Notes under the pieces: model-generated
Database searches by the model: none
What the model was told of the DNA's origin: nothing
Seen by the model: only the letters and a program-made list of their open reading frames with translations
Position numbers and translations under genes: made by a program
Shown: piece after piece, positions 9,157 through 19,205 of the stretch
Numbering within the stretch: the stretch's first letter is position 1
How the letters are laid out: every line of letters begins with the position of its first letter
Assembly: GCA_052035295.1 (NCBI GenBank)
Contig: JBPOHS010000018.1
Coordinates: 1-64,000 of the forward strand
Length of the DNA: 64,000 bases
Origin: Pseudomonadota bacterium
Lineage (GTDB): Bacteria; Pseudomonadota; Gammaproteobacteria; Pseudomonadales; Ketobacteraceae
Reading direction: 5' to 3'

Positions 9157-10407
9157 TCAGTGTTTCAGTCGCTGGGCCAGTACCGTCATCAGCACGCCAG
9201 AGGTGAGCGTCAAACTGCTCAGATAAATAATGGCCATTGAAAAACTGTTGGTCGAGCTGGCCAGATAGCCCGTGACCACCGGCCCGAGTCCGCCGCCCAG
9301 AAACACACCCAAACCGTTATAAATGCCGCCGGCCTGCGTGTTGAGATGGGCTGGCACAATGCGCTGCAACAAGGCGAATTCGGCGCTGTTGAACGCGCAC
9401 GAAAAAAATACCGCCCCACTCAATACCATGACGGAATCCCACAAGCCTCCGGTGCTGGCCGCAAAAAAACAGCTGCCGCCGGTGAAGACATAGGACAATG
9501 CGGCCAACTGACAGCGTCGATCTGTTTTGTCGCCCAGCCACGACCACAACAACAGACCGAGCAATGAAAACCCGTAGGGAATGGTGAGCGCCCAACTCAG
9601 GCTGGCGTAGGCAACGCCTTTTTCCTGGGTAAGCCAGGTGGGCATCCAGCTGACGATGCCATACACCAGAATGTAATGCGCTGCGGCAGCCAGGGAGAGA
9701 ATGATGAAATCCGGTGTGAGCAGCAGTTGTTTGAGCGTGCGGCTATCGTCGACTTGTGCTTCTGCTTGTGCCGTTTCGATGTAAGTGCGTTCTTGTTCAG
9801 AAATGCGTGGATGCGTGGCGGGTGTGTCATGCACAAAGTAATACACCAGTGGCCACGAGAGCAACGTGCCCGCCATGGCAATAACGACGAAGCTGATGCG
9901 CCACCCCCAGGCTTCGGTCAACGGCACCAGCACCAGTGGCCCCAGCAGCATGGCGAGGAACATGCCCGACGCCCACAGGCTGTTGCCGCGACTGCTTTCC
10001 TGCGGCGGAAACCACTGCTTCGACAGCGCGTTCATCATCGGGAAATGCGGGCTTTCCGCGAGGCCCAGCAGCACCCGGGCCAGCAGGAACAAGCCCAGTG
10101 TCTGTGTTGCCAGCGGGCCCATGCAGGTAAAGACCGACCAGAGCAGGATCACGGTCAACAGGATTTTCCGGGGGCCGAATCGCTGAACGAACGGCGTCAG
10201 GAAAATATTGGCCAGACCGTAGGCGATAAAGAAAATGCTCATCAACCAGCCGCCTTGCTTGGCGGTTTGCTCGGCGGTCCAGCCAAAATCGGCGGCAATC
10301 TTGGGCATGGCATAGGTGATGTTCATGCGGTCGAACAGCGACACCACAATGGTGAACGCAAGAACGATGCCCAATTTCCAGCGGGCATTATGAGTGACGA
10401 TTGCCAT
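9157..10407 (-). CDS. MFS transporter
   Basis: It has about 12 predicted TM segments and an MFS-like G-x-L-x-D-R-x-G-x-R-style loop (FVQRFGPRKILL). ATG 10407 is preferred over the TTG at 10413. It overlaps the helicase stop by 1 nt. Confidence 0.75.
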   Translation of the reverse strand: MAIVTHNARWKLGIVLAFTIVVSLFDRMNITYAMPKIAADFGWTAEQTAKQGGWLMSIFFIAYGLANIFLTPFVQRFGPRKILLTVILLWSVFTCMGPLATQTLGLFLLARVLLGLAESPHFPMMNALSKQWFPPQESSRGNSLWASGMFLAMLLGPLVLVPLTEAWGWRISFVVIAMAGTLLSWPLVYYFVHDTPATHPRISEQERTYIETAQAEAQVDDSRTLKQLLLTPDFIILSLAAAAHYILVYGIVSWMPTWLTQEKGVAYASLSWALTIPYGFSLLGLLLWSWLGDKTDRRCQLAALSYVFTGGSCFFAASTGGLWDSVMVLSGAVFFSCAFNSAEFALLQRIVPAHLNTQAGGIYNGLGVFLGGGLGPVVTGYLASSTNSFSMAIIYLSSLTLTSGVLMTVLAQRLKH

Positions 10408-12356
10408 TACCAATCCCCATCGAGCAAGGAATCAAACACATTGCCCCGGGCAATGCCACTGCCAAACCCCTTCACCTGATGGTCGACCAGGGCAGGCGGC
10501 AGATATTCCAGAAAATACGGTGAACCCACGCTGTGGGCATAAGAGCCGCCATGAAATACGGTGTGGCTGTCTTCCCCGGCGCGGCTGATGAACAATTCGT
10601 TTTGGGCGCGGGTGAGTGCAACGTAAAGGATGCGGCGCTCTTCTTCTTCGGCGTCCTGGTCGCCCAGGCTGCGTACGTGCGGGTATACGCCGGGTTGCAC
10701 GCCAATGCAATAACAGACGGGCGCTTCGGTGCCCTTGGCGCTGTGTACCGTGATCAGTGTCACAGCATCGTCGGTTTCGCTGGTCTCTTCTTCAGTGTTG
10801 TTGACGGGGTCGAGTGTGTAGGCCTCAACGAACGTCAACAAGTCTTTGTAACGACTGGCCAGCTCGGCAAGCAGCCGCAGGTCGGCGGCGCGCGATTCCC
10901 AGCGATCGTAACGGTTGGCATAAGTGCCATTCATGTGCTGGGTGGCGACGCGCAGGGCAATTTGCGGTTCGGCCCGGTATTGCAATATCAGTTTGACGCC
11001 TTGCAGGATGTCATCGCGCTTGGGCAAGGCTGTTTCGAGCACCGTCAATACGTCGGTGGCGGGGTCGGCCTTGAGCAGGGCATCGACGGTGCGGGCGGCG
11101 GTGACATCACCAATCTTGGGCCAGAATTTGAGATAACGCATCCACGCGAGTTCGTCGCGTTTGTTGAGGGCGCAACGGGCAAGACTGAGCAGATCCTTCA
11201 CGTGTGCGGCTTCGAGCAGGCTGGTGCCGCCGATGAATTTGTACGGGATTTCGTGATCGATGAGTGCGCCTTCCACCGTTTTGGCGCTCCAGGCCGAACG
11301 GGTGAGAATCATGTGGTCGGCCCAGCGTGCACCACCTTCATGACGCTGCATAAGATCTTGTGAAATCCAGTAGGCTTCGTCGCTTTTGGTTTCGAAATCA
11401 ATCAGGACCGGCTTTTGCCCCTTGCCCCGGTGTGCGTGTAATTCCTTGGCATAGTGCAGCGGGGATTGCGCCAGCAGCCAGTTGGCGATGTCGAGAATGC
11501 CCTGGGTGCTGCGATAGTTTTCCTGCAGTTTGAGCACGTCCGCACCGGGCAGACGCTGGCGAAATTCATGGACGTTGCGGAAATCCGCGCCGCGAAAGGC
11601 GTAAATCGATTGCGCATCGTCGCCGACGCAAAACAGGTGGGCTTCGCTCAGCAATTCGAGAATGCGCCATTGCAGCGGATTGGTGTCCTGCATTTCATCA
11701 ACCAGAATATGCAGGAACAACTTGGCGACCTTGTCACGCAGGGCCGGGCGTTTTTCCAATCCCTGTACGAACAGGTGCAGGATATCGTCGTAATCGAGGT
11801 ACTGGCGATCCTGTTTGCGTTGCTCGTAAGCCTTGGCAATATCGGTGATGAGTTTGGTCGTACCCTCATCGTGCTCGGTGTGACGATGCAGATAGTCGTC
11901 GATGCCCAGGCAGCAGTTTTTGGCGTAAGAAACGTAGTTGAGCAGGATCGCAGCCTTGGGGAAATCCTTTTGCCGCTTTTTCTCGACGTGTTCGCCGCGC
12001 AACAATTGCAACAGGCTCTGGGCGTCGTCGCGATCAATGATGGTGGCGGTTTCCAGCCCGAATGCCTGCGGAATCCGCCGCATGATCTGCAGACAAAAAT
12101 GATGGAACGTGCCGGCGGTGACCTGATCTGCCACCGGGCCGACCTCGCTTCGCAGCCGGTGTAACATTTCGCGTGAGGCGCGACGGGTAAACGTGAGCAG
12201 CAGCATTCGCTCGGCGGGTACGCCCTGACGGATCAGGTGGGTGACGCGGCCAATGAGGGTGCGGGTCTTGCCGGTACCAGCGCCTGCGAGCACCAGCAAA
12301 TGGCGGGCGGGGCCGGCGTAATGGGCAGCGGCGCTTTGTTCGGCGTTGAGATCCAT
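10407..12356 (-). CDS. UvrD/Rep-family ATP-dependent DNA helicase
   Basis: The Walker A motif LAGAGTGKTRTL, motif II ILVDEMQDTN and the rest of the SF1 helicase layout are present. The protein is 649 aa. Confidence 0.8.
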   Translation of the reverse strand: MDLNAEQSAAAHYAGPARHLLVLAGAGTGKTRTLIGRVTHLIRQGVPAERMLLLTFTRRASREMLHRLRSEVGPVADQVTAGTFHHFCLQIMRRIPQAFGLETATIIDRDDAQSLLQLLRGEHVEKKRQKDFPKAAILLNYVSYAKNCCLGIDDYLHRHTEHDEGTTKLITDIAKAYEQRKQDRQYLDYDDILHLFVQGLEKRPALRDKVAKLFLHILVDEMQDTNPLQWRILELLSEAHLFCVGDDAQSIYAFRGADFRNVHEFRQRLPGADVLKLQENYRSTQGILDIANWLLAQSPLHYAKELHAHRGKGQKPVLIDFETKSDEAYWISQDLMQRHEGGARWADHMILTRSAWSAKTVEGALIDHEIPYKFIGGTSLLEAAHVKDLLSLARCALNKRDELAWMRYLKFWPKIGDVTAARTVDALLKADPATDVLTVLETALPKRDDILQGVKLILQYRAEPQIALRVATQHMNGTYANRYDRWESRAADLRLLAELASRYKDLLTFVEAYTLDPVNNTEEETSETDDAVTLITVHSAKGTEAPVCYCIGVQPGVYPHVRSLGDQDAEEEERRILYVALTRAQNELFISRAGEDSHTVFHGGSYAHSVGSPYFLEYLPPALVDHQVKGFGSGIARGNVFDSLLDGDW

Positions 12357-12423
12357 CGGGATAAAGGTATGGTTATTTGTTCAGTGGTCGCCCATGGTAG
12401 CGCCTCTGTGGCCGGATGGGAAT

Positions 12424-12453
12424 GCCAAAGAAAGGGCCCTGCAAGCAGGGCCC
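12424..12453 (-). terminator. probable intrinsic terminator downstream of the beta-helix/cytochrome lipoprotein gene
   Basis: A 9-bp perfect stem, GGGCCCTGC-ttg-GCAGGGCCC (minus-strand sense), is followed by TTTCTTTGG. Confidence 0.4.
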
Positions 12454-12512
12454 GGAGAGGGCGTCCTTGCCCTCGACAGCTTATGGCTGTGCAGACGATG
12501 CAGATGAGTGCA

Positions 12513-15131
12513 TCAGTCGGTGCAGGTCGCGTCTGGCAGACTGTTGATCCAGGCTTCCAGCAGTTCGACGCCTTCGGCATGCGCGAGTCCACGTCCGACG
12601 GGTGGCATGCGATCGCCAGCGTCAGTGGTTTGCACGCGGTAGCGCATGATCGATTCGGCAGCGTTGCCCGGTACCACGTCATAACTCAGTGATCCACCAC
12701 CAAAGGCGACCGGACGACGACAGGCACCGTGGGCACTGCCATCACCATAAGGGCGCCAGTATTCCAGGAACAGCCCCGTATTGGAGGCGTTACCTTCGGG
12801 ACGGTGGCAATGCGAACAGTTGATATCGAGATAGCCTTTGGCCGTGTCCATCAATTCTTCGTCAGTCATGGTATCGAGGTCGGCGGCATTGGCATCGGTG
12901 TAGACGGGCACGGTCTCAATGGATTCCAGATCCCCCGGGACATCTTCAAGCCAACCTTCGTTAACCCAATGCGTCAGCTGGTTTTCGGTGGTGTCGCCGT
13001 AGTCGTAATCCTTGTTGAGGTGTCTGGCTTTCGGCCCGATCGGCGTGATGGCGCTGGAAGAGCCGCCGTCGGCAATCTGGTGACACTGTTTGCAGTTGTT
13101 GATTGACGGAACTGCATAGGTGAAATCGGTCGGCGTGCCGTCGAGCGTGATCGTCTTGTCGATGTTTTTGCCTGCCACTGTCAACACGGCATCGCTCTTC
13201 GACGCATTCCACACATAGGGCAGGGCAACCCAACCTGCTTCACGGTGTATCAGCAACCGTGTTTCCACGAGTTCCTCGCTGGTCTCGTCAACAGCGTTGG
13301 TGGCTGGCAGGGCAAAGGTTTTGACAATGACCGAGCCAACGGGGAAATCAACGACTTCCTGATCGCTGTAAGTGGCCGTGCCACCCGGTGGAACGAAGAT
13401 ATAGCGATATTTGTGGGAATAATCGGTAAACAACTGCGTGTTCAGATCGTACGGAATGCCGCCACTGCGCGCCGCCCCTTTGGGGTTGGTGGCATCGACA
13501 AACAAACGGTAGTTCGACAGGTTGTTGCAGTTGGTGGAAAGCAGTGCATCCCAGTTGACTTCGCTCGCTGTGCCAGCGGTGCAGAGGTTGGCATTCTCGC
13601 TGTCGGTGTCATCACCTGCGCCGAGATCGCCTTCATCGCTCAACGGATCGCCGCTGCCGCAGTTTCTGTGATTGTCATCAATACCGCAGCCGTGCATGTC
13701 CCCGCCGATGATAACGGCGTGAATGGGGAGCGGCGCTTGTGAGCAGTTCAGCAGATCTTCTTGCGGGTCTTCAATGAGCGCATCGCCATTGACGACATCC
13801 AGCGACGTTTCCAGATACTGACCAACACTGGCATCACCATTGTTCTGGAAGCAGACGTTGTCGCTGCCGTCTTCGGCAAGTGGAACCTCGGAGATACTAT
13901 CTTCAACGGTCTCCGCTCCCAGCGTGTTAAATAGTGCTTCAGCCGCACCATCATAGATAAGGGCTGGCATCGAACCACCGTCGCCAGTGTATCTCTCGAT
14001 GAGGTCTTCGATGAGGTAGCCGCGTGGATTGCTACCGCTATCACTGACATCGTTGTCATGCACATGCACGTTGCGCGGCAAGGGGCGCCAACCGTCTGCA
14101 ATGGCTTGACCCGGTTGGGCATAATTCGCCAGGAACACACCGAGGTCTGACTCGGCAATCAGGAAGCTGGCGATCGCCACGGCGAGGGTGTCGTGGTTTT
14201 TGATCTCGTTGCGGAAGATCTCGACATCCTTGGTGGACAGCACGATAACGCCAGTGCCGGGGGGCGTGATGTGAACGCCGGCCGGGTTGGAGCTTTGGTT
14301 GGCGAAATTGTCAGTGTTGTTGTCTGTGACTTCGTTGTCAAAAACACGGACACCGCTGCCGTAATTGTGGTTGCCGATCGGCAGGTCGAACACCAGGATG
14401 CCGCCGGTATTGCCGGTAGCGACGTTGTTGTAGACATCGGCATACATCGAGTTCTCGATTTCAATGCCGGCAACGTTTTCCTCGGCGGTATTGTTACGCA
14501 CGACGATATATCTTGACTGCCCAACGTAAACGCCTGCGTCAGCGGAACCGCGCACATAGCTGTTTTCGATCAGGACGTTCTGGCATTCCACTGGATACAG
14601 GCCGTAAGCGCCATTACCCGGATCCGGTTCACCCGCCCAGACCGTGCCAATGCGGTTGATATGAATCCCGTTCGAATTCTTGAGCTTTATCGCGTTGTTC
14701 TTGGCTTCGTTGACAGAGAAATCCTGCAACGTGATGCCAACGGCGTTCTCGATGAAAATACCGTCGGTGGCGACCGTGGCGTCCGCGTAATCCAGTACGG
14801 TTTCCTCGCGGCCGTAGCCTGCGATGGTGATGTTGCGCGCGATCAGCTGGTCGCCATCGGTATCACCGTCGAAGGTGAGCGTGGTGTTGAGCTTGAACGT
14901 GCCTTTGGGCAGGACAATGTAGTCTCCGCTTTTGGCTTCTATCAGGGCTTTGTTGATGTTTTCTCCGACATCCCCTTCCTTGGAAACATAGATTGCTCCC
15001 GTGGGAAAGCTGACGCCGTCGTCGTTGTCATTGCTGTCACCGCTTCCGCAGCTGATCAGCAGCGGAGTCTGAAGCGCAAGCAGCAGTGCTCCGTACTTGA
15101 GTTTGTGGTTGTGAGCCGGATTTGGTTTCAT
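12513..15131 (-). CDS. lipoprotein joining a right-handed parallel beta-helix region (about 600 aa) to a C-terminal domain with two CXXCH haem-binding motifs (putative c-type dihaem)
   Basis: The lipobox is LLISC|GSG. Repetitive beta-helix-type N/G/V-rich turns appear throughout (NAIKLKNSNGIHINR, GSADAGVYVGQSRYIVVRNN, TGNTGGILVFD...). CKQCH is encoded at 13080-13094 and CSHCH at 12804-12818, about 90 aa apart, followed by an MPP motif. Confidence 0.7.
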   Translation of the reverse strand: MKPNPAHNHKLKYGALLLALQTPLLISCGSGDSNDNDDGVSFPTGAIYVSKEGDVGENINKALIEAKSGDYIVLPKGTFKLNTTLTFDGDTDGDQLIARNITIAGYGREETVLDYADATVATDGIFIENAVGITLQDFSVNEAKNNAIKLKNSNGIHINRIGTVWAGEPDPGNGAYGLYPVECQNVLIENSYVRGSADAGVYVGQSRYIVVRNNTAEENVAGIEIENSMYADVYNNVATGNTGGILVFDLPIGNHNYGSGVRVFDNEVTDNNTDNFANQSSNPAGVHITPPGTGVIVLSTKDVEIFRNEIKNHDTLAVAIASFLIAESDLGVFLANYAQPGQAIADGWRPLPRNVHVHDNDVSDSGSNPRGYLIEDLIERYTGDGGSMPALIYDGAAEALFNTLGAETVEDSISEVPLAEDGSDNVCFQNNGDASVGQYLETSLDVVNGDALIEDPQEDLLNCSQAPLPIHAVIIGGDMHGCGIDDNHRNCGSGDPLSDEGDLGAGDDTDSENANLCTAGTASEVNWDALLSTNCNNLSNYRLFVDATNPKGAARSGGIPYDLNTQLFTDYSHKYRYIFVPPGGTATYSDQEVVDFPVGSVIVKTFALPATNAVDETSEELVETRLLIHREAGWVALPYVWNASKSDAVLTVAGKNIDKTITLDGTPTDFTYAVPSINNCKQCHQIADGGSSSAITPIGPKARHLNKDYDYGDTTENQLTHWVNEGWLEDVPGDLESIETVPVYTDANAADLDTMTDEELMDTAKGYLDINCSHCHRPEGNASNTGLFLEYWRPYGDGSAHGACRRPVAFGGGSLSYDVVPGNAAESIMRYRVQTTDAGDRMPPVGRGLAHAEGVELLEAWINSLPDATCTD

Positions 15132-15361
15132 GTTCTTCTCGTTTTTCTTGAGTGATGCGGCGCTGCCGGTGAAGGCGAGAGAGAGTCGCGATCGATGACC
15201 AGACAGTCCTCGCGAGTATACTGTGGATTGGTTTAACCAGATAGGGGCATTCCTACGCTCCCGTGTGAAGTGGTCGAGTGTTCTTTATGCGATGTTTCCT
15301 TGTGTTTTTTGATGGGCTCTGTTTGTGGCATGCGCGGGTGCAGAACGGTCGGGTGGGAAAT

Positions 15362-15396
15362 AAAAAAGGCGGGGCATTGGAGTGCCTCGCCTTTTT
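15362..15396. terminator. bidirectional rho-independent terminator ending the chemosensory-like operon
   Basis: AAAAAA-GGCGGGGCA-ttggag-TGCCTCGCC-TTTTT. The stem has one G-U wobble and a U-tract on both strands. Confidence 0.6.
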
Positions 15397-15414
15397 CGTG
15401 TTGCCGTTTTTGCC

Positions 15415-18400
15415 TCAGCTTGCCTTGGCAAATACCGGTGGGGTGATGTAGTACTGATCCGGCAGCGTGATCAGGATAATGAAACCACGGAAATCGTCGG
15501 TCTCTGCACCCTGGTCGAGGATCAGGTCGATGCCGCCGCCCACCGAGATGAGGAATTGCTTGACCGCATCCATGCCGACACCGCGCCCCGACACTTCCGA
15601 TACCTGATCGGTGGTCGAGAAGCCGGAGGCGAAGATGTAATTGGCAATGGTGTCTGCGGGTGGGCGTGGTGCGTCAGCCGGGTACAGGCCGCGCTCGACG
15701 GCTTTCTCATAGATCTTGCTGAGGGCAAGGCCACGGCCGTTATCCAGCACGGCGATGGTGACCTTGCCTTCCTTGCAGGCCGTGTTGATCCACACCGTAC
15801 CTTGTTCGGGCTTGCCTTTGGCTATGCGTTCTTCGGGCGACTCGATGCCATGATCCATGGAATTGCGCAGCAAGTGCATGAAGATATTGCTCAGAATGCC
15901 ATGGGCTTCGCCGCGGATGTAAACATTGCCGTGGTTGACGACGATATTGGGTTCGGCACGACCGATTTCCTTGGCGAGGGAAGTGGCAGAATGAATGACA
16001 TCGCCGATCACATCACCAATGGTTTTGGCTTCGACCGAGGCCAGCATGTTGTAGGTTTCCCTCACTACGCTGGCAACGTTGGATGGCAGCTTCTCGCCGG
16101 ACAGCTCGGTAATCTTCTGCAGTAGTGCCGAGGCGTGTTGCTTGTCGATACGTACTGCCGGGCCACCGCTGGTGCCGCGCCCGAGTTTTTCCTTGAAGAT
16201 GGAGTTGTATCGGCTGATGACCTGTTCACCAGTTTCCAGTTCGGCCAGCAGTTGTTCTTTCTGCCACTCAGACTCGTCGTTCTTACGCAGCTGATCGTAG
16301 GTGTTTTCGATCTTGTGCACCGTTTCGGTGATGTGCTTGAGCCCGTAAGTGCGCGCGTTGCCCTTGACCGTGTGAATGTTGCGGAACAGCTCGGCAATCT
16401 TGTCTTTGTCTTTCTCTTCGGTTTCCTGAATGATGTTGCGGCACTGGTCGACAAAATGGTACGAACCATTGATGAACTCGTTGAACTTCTCGCCATCGAC
16501 GGCCAGGATTTCGCCGATCATCATCAGCTCTTGTTTCTGACCTTCGGCTTCCGCCTGCAAGGCTTTCAGTTCGGTGACGTCGCGTACAGTAACCATCAGT
16601 TTGGTCACGACATCGTTTTCGTCGGTGATTGGGTCCCAATCCAGTTCAAGCAACTTGTCCGACTTGCCGTCGAACTTGAGTGTCAGCTCTTTGGCCAGCA
16701 GGTGCGAGTTGAACTCGTACATCATCGAGTCTTCGCCCACAATCGAGGAAACCGACGTGGTGGCGGCGTCGATAACGTCGACGCTGAGTGTCGAGTTGCG
16801 GAACAGCAAATCCACGAAGTTGCGGTTCGCGATGTTCGGTGTTTCGAAAATCGTTTCCAGATACGCGGCATATTCGGGGTGTATCAGGCCACCTTCGATA
16901 ATCGTGAACAGGCCCTGGTGCATGTTCGAGAGCATGTTCGCGATATCTTCGTTTTTCTGCTTCAGGGCGGCAGTACGTTCCTCGACTTTTTTCTCCAGGT
17001 TGCGGTTGTGTTCTTCGATCACTTCCACCATGCGGATGTTCTTGATGGTTGTCACCAAAGAGACCGCCACCGATGACACGAACTCGTAATCGCTGTCGGC
17101 AAAGGCCACGTTCTTGGTGTCGCCTGAGAAGTTCATGACACCAATGAGTATGTCCTTGTCGACCAGGGGAACGCAGAGCAGGGCGCGCGGCTTGTCCTTT
17201 TCGCCGGCCACATAGTGTTTGTCCTTGCTGGTATCCTGCACGAATATCGCTTTTTTGGATTCTGCGGCGCGACCAATGATGCCCTGACCCATGGTGAACG
17301 TGATCGCGCGATGCTCGCCCTCGGTCGCCATCGGCGGCAGAAACGCCTTGGCTTCCAGTTCGTGCGTTTTATTGAACAGATAGACAGATCCCTGCTCGAT
17401 ACCGATCTTGTCGGCCATGGCATGCAGCACCTCATCCAGCGCGGTATTCTGATCGCGCGCAGCGGCAAGGGTGCCACCAATCTTGTTGAGCTTGGCCAGG
17501 TCGATCATCTTCTTACGAATGGCCAGACGCATGGAGTTGAAGTTCTGGGTCGCGAGAATGAACAGCACAATCATGATGGCGATCGTACTCTTGAAGCCGA
17601 AACTCAGGCTGTCGCTCAATTCGGTCTGCAAGCGCATGAAAGTGGTATCTGCCGCTGCGAGAAGGTCATCAAGGCCATTGACCGATTTGCCGACCGTGGT
17701 TTTGGATTCGTTCAGTTTGATCTTGGCGGTTTCAATTTGCGTCAGCTCTTCGCGTTTGAATGAGACTAATCCGGGTTCCGCGTTGATGCCCGACTCAAGC
17801 GCTTTCAGCATGTCTCGGCTATTGGCCACCAGCCCATCCTTGTCAAAGGTGTTCATGTACTGGTCCACCATGTCGAGGGAGCGGGTCGTATCAGACATGA
17901 CGTAGTTCATATCGTCGACGGCCGTGTCGAGACGCGCCAGATCCGATGTGCGCTGGATTTCCTGCACCGTTTTTGACATGTTCGAAAGATAGGAATCGGC
18001 CTGGTTGGCGTTGCCGGCGGCTACTTCCATGTCTTTCGTATGTTCTGGTGGCGCCTGGTAATAAACGATGTCCATGTAGGAGTTGCCGACGTCATCGGCT
18101 TTCTGGATCAGATCGGCGGCCGCGTCATCGGTTTTCTTTTTGGCAATCAATTGGGCCAGTTTGGCGTCAAACATGGCATTGACCGCGACCTTGTATTCCT
18201 CGTAATTCTTTTTGATATCAGCGACCTGATTGCGCATCGCTTCGTCGTCTTTGGCCAGTGCTTCAAGCTTGTTGAACACGTCACTGAACTCAGCAGCGCC
18301 TTTCTCGAAGTCGTCATGGTAGGGTTTGATTTCGTCCTCAGTCAGCGCGTTGTAACCCAGAGCGCTGACGTTGGCGAGCTTCAATAGTTGAATCTGCACC

Positions 18401-18564
18401 TGGTTTGCAACGCGCACCACCGGCACGGCAGTTTCCGAGACCCGTTTGTTCGAGTCGCTGATGTCGTTCAGGTTCCAGAGTGAGTTTGAACCCGAGATCG
18501 CCAACAGCAAAAGTATGATGGCAAATCCCAGCCCGACTTTTTGGTTAAAACTGAGGTTAAGCAT
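15415..18564 (-). CDS. membrane-bound chemosensory-type histidine kinase: periplasmic helical sensor (between two TM helices), GAF, HPt (CheA P1-like) and CheA-type HATPase; no P2 or P5/CheW-like domain
   Basis: 1049 aa. TM1 is VGLGFAIILLLLAISG and TM2 is STIAIMIVLFILA near residue 330. The GAF region is ITFTMGQGIIGRAAESKKAIFVQD...LLCVPLV. The HPt region is ELFRNIHTVKGNARTYGL. The CheA-like N box is HLLRNSMDHGIE, with DNGRGL and GRGVGMDAV. The protein ends about 40 aa after the G2 box. Confidence 0.75.
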   Translation of the reverse strand: MLNLSFNQKVGLGFAIILLLLAISGSNSLWNLNDISDSNKRVSETAVPVVRVANQVQIQLLKLANVSALGYNALTEDEIKPYHDDFEKGAAEFSDVFNKLEALAKDDEAMRNQVADIKKNYEEYKVAVNAMFDAKLAQLIAKKKTDDAAADLIQKADDVGNSYMDIVYYQAPPEHTKDMEVAAGNANQADSYLSNMSKTVQEIQRTSDLARLDTAVDDMNYVMSDTTRSLDMVDQYMNTFDKDGLVANSRDMLKALESGINAEPGLVSFKREELTQIETAKIKLNESKTTVGKSVNGLDDLLAAADTTFMRLQTELSDSLSFGFKSTIAIMIVLFILATQNFNSMRLAIRKKMIDLAKLNKIGGTLAAARDQNTALDEVLHAMADKIGIEQGSVYLFNKTHELEAKAFLPPMATEGEHRAITFTMGQGIIGRAAESKKAIFVQDTSKDKHYVAGEKDKPRALLCVPLVDKDILIGVMNFSGDTKNVAFADSDYEFVSSVAVSLVTTIKNIRMVEVIEEHNRNLEKKVEERTAALKQKNEDIANMLSNMHQGLFTIIEGGLIHPEYAAYLETIFETPNIANRNFVDLLFRNSTLSVDVIDAATTSVSSIVGEDSMMYEFNSHLLAKELTLKFDGKSDKLLELDWDPITDENDVVTKLMVTVRDVTELKALQAEAEGQKQELMMIGEILAVDGEKFNEFINGSYHFVDQCRNIIQETEEKDKDKIAELFRNIHTVKGNARTYGLKHITETVHKIENTYDQLRKNDESEWQKEQLLAELETGEQVISRYNSIFKEKLGRGTSGGPAVRIDKQHASALLQKITELSGEKLPSNVASVVRETYNMLASVEAKTIGDVIGDVIHSATSLAKEIGRAEPNIVVNHGNVYIRGEAHGILSNIFMHLLRNSMDHGIESPEERIAKGKPEQGTVWINTACKEGKVTIAVLDNGRGLALSKIYEKAVERGLYPADAPRPPADTIANYIFASGFSTTDQVSEVSGRGVGMDAVKQFLISVGGGIDLILDQGAETDDFRGFIILITLPDQYYITPPVFAKAS

Positions 18565-18722
18565 TCCTGCGTGTCCGTATTCAGTAGTGAAGAGTTACGG
18601 TGACAAAGACATTGATAGCCATCTATCAGATTAGACGATTAATTCGAAATTTCAGCCACAAAGTGCATGTTGGTGGGTGGCGTTTGTCGACGTGCGGTCA
18701 ATCGGGGGCGTCATAAACAAAC

Positions 18723-18742
18723 AACCCCGCCGAAGCGGGGTT
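18723..18742 (-). terminator. hairpin (possible attenuator or terminator) between cheY and the kinase gene
   Basis: An 8-bp perfect stem, AACCCCGC-ttcg-GCGGGGTT (minus sense), is followed by GTTTGTTTAT. The U-tract is weak. Confidence 0.3.
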
Positions 18743-18779
18743 GGTATTCGCAAAATGCGAAAGAAAAAACCAATGCTTA

Positions 18780-19148
18780 TCAGCCGGTTACCAGTTTCTG
18801 GATCGCACCCAGAGCGTTGGCACCATTGAATGGCTTCACGATCCAGCCTTTTACGCCAGCGGCTTTACCGCGGTTTTTCATGTTGGGATCATTTTCGGTG
18901 GTCAGCATGATGATGTTGACGTTCTGGTTGCCCAGTTCGCTGCGCACCTTCTCAACCATCGTCAAGCCATCCATGTTGGGCATGTTGACGTCAGAGATGA
19001 TCAGTTTCAGCTCGCGGTCAGCCTTGATTTTCGCAAGGCCATCCTTGCCGTCCACGGCGGTTTCCACATTAAAATTTTTCGATTTCAGGAAGGCGCTCAC
19101 TTCATTGCGGATTGCGGCGCTGTCATCAACTACGAGTATCTGGGCCAT
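18780..19148 (-). CDS. CheY-like single-domain response regulator
   Basis: 122 aa. All receiver residues are present: DD (VVDDS), the phospho-Asp (IISDVNMP), T (LTTE) and K (VKPF). Confidence 0.85.
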   Translation of the reverse strand: MAQILVVDDSAAIRNEVSAFLKSKNFNVETAVDGKDGLAKIKADRELKLIISDVNMPNMDGLTMVEKVRSELGNQNVNIIMLTTENDPNMKNRGKAAGVKGWIVKPFNGANALGAIQKLVTG

Positions 19149-19205
19149 TTTGAATTTCCTTCGTTGTCGCTTACCAACGGTTGATCATGTGCTGACGATT
19201 TGAGT

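Noticed and set aside
10533-11363. 276-aa plus-strand ORF antisense to the UvrD-family helicase
   Set aside because: It is an antisense GC-rich open frame. The helicase motifs on the minus strand are intact.
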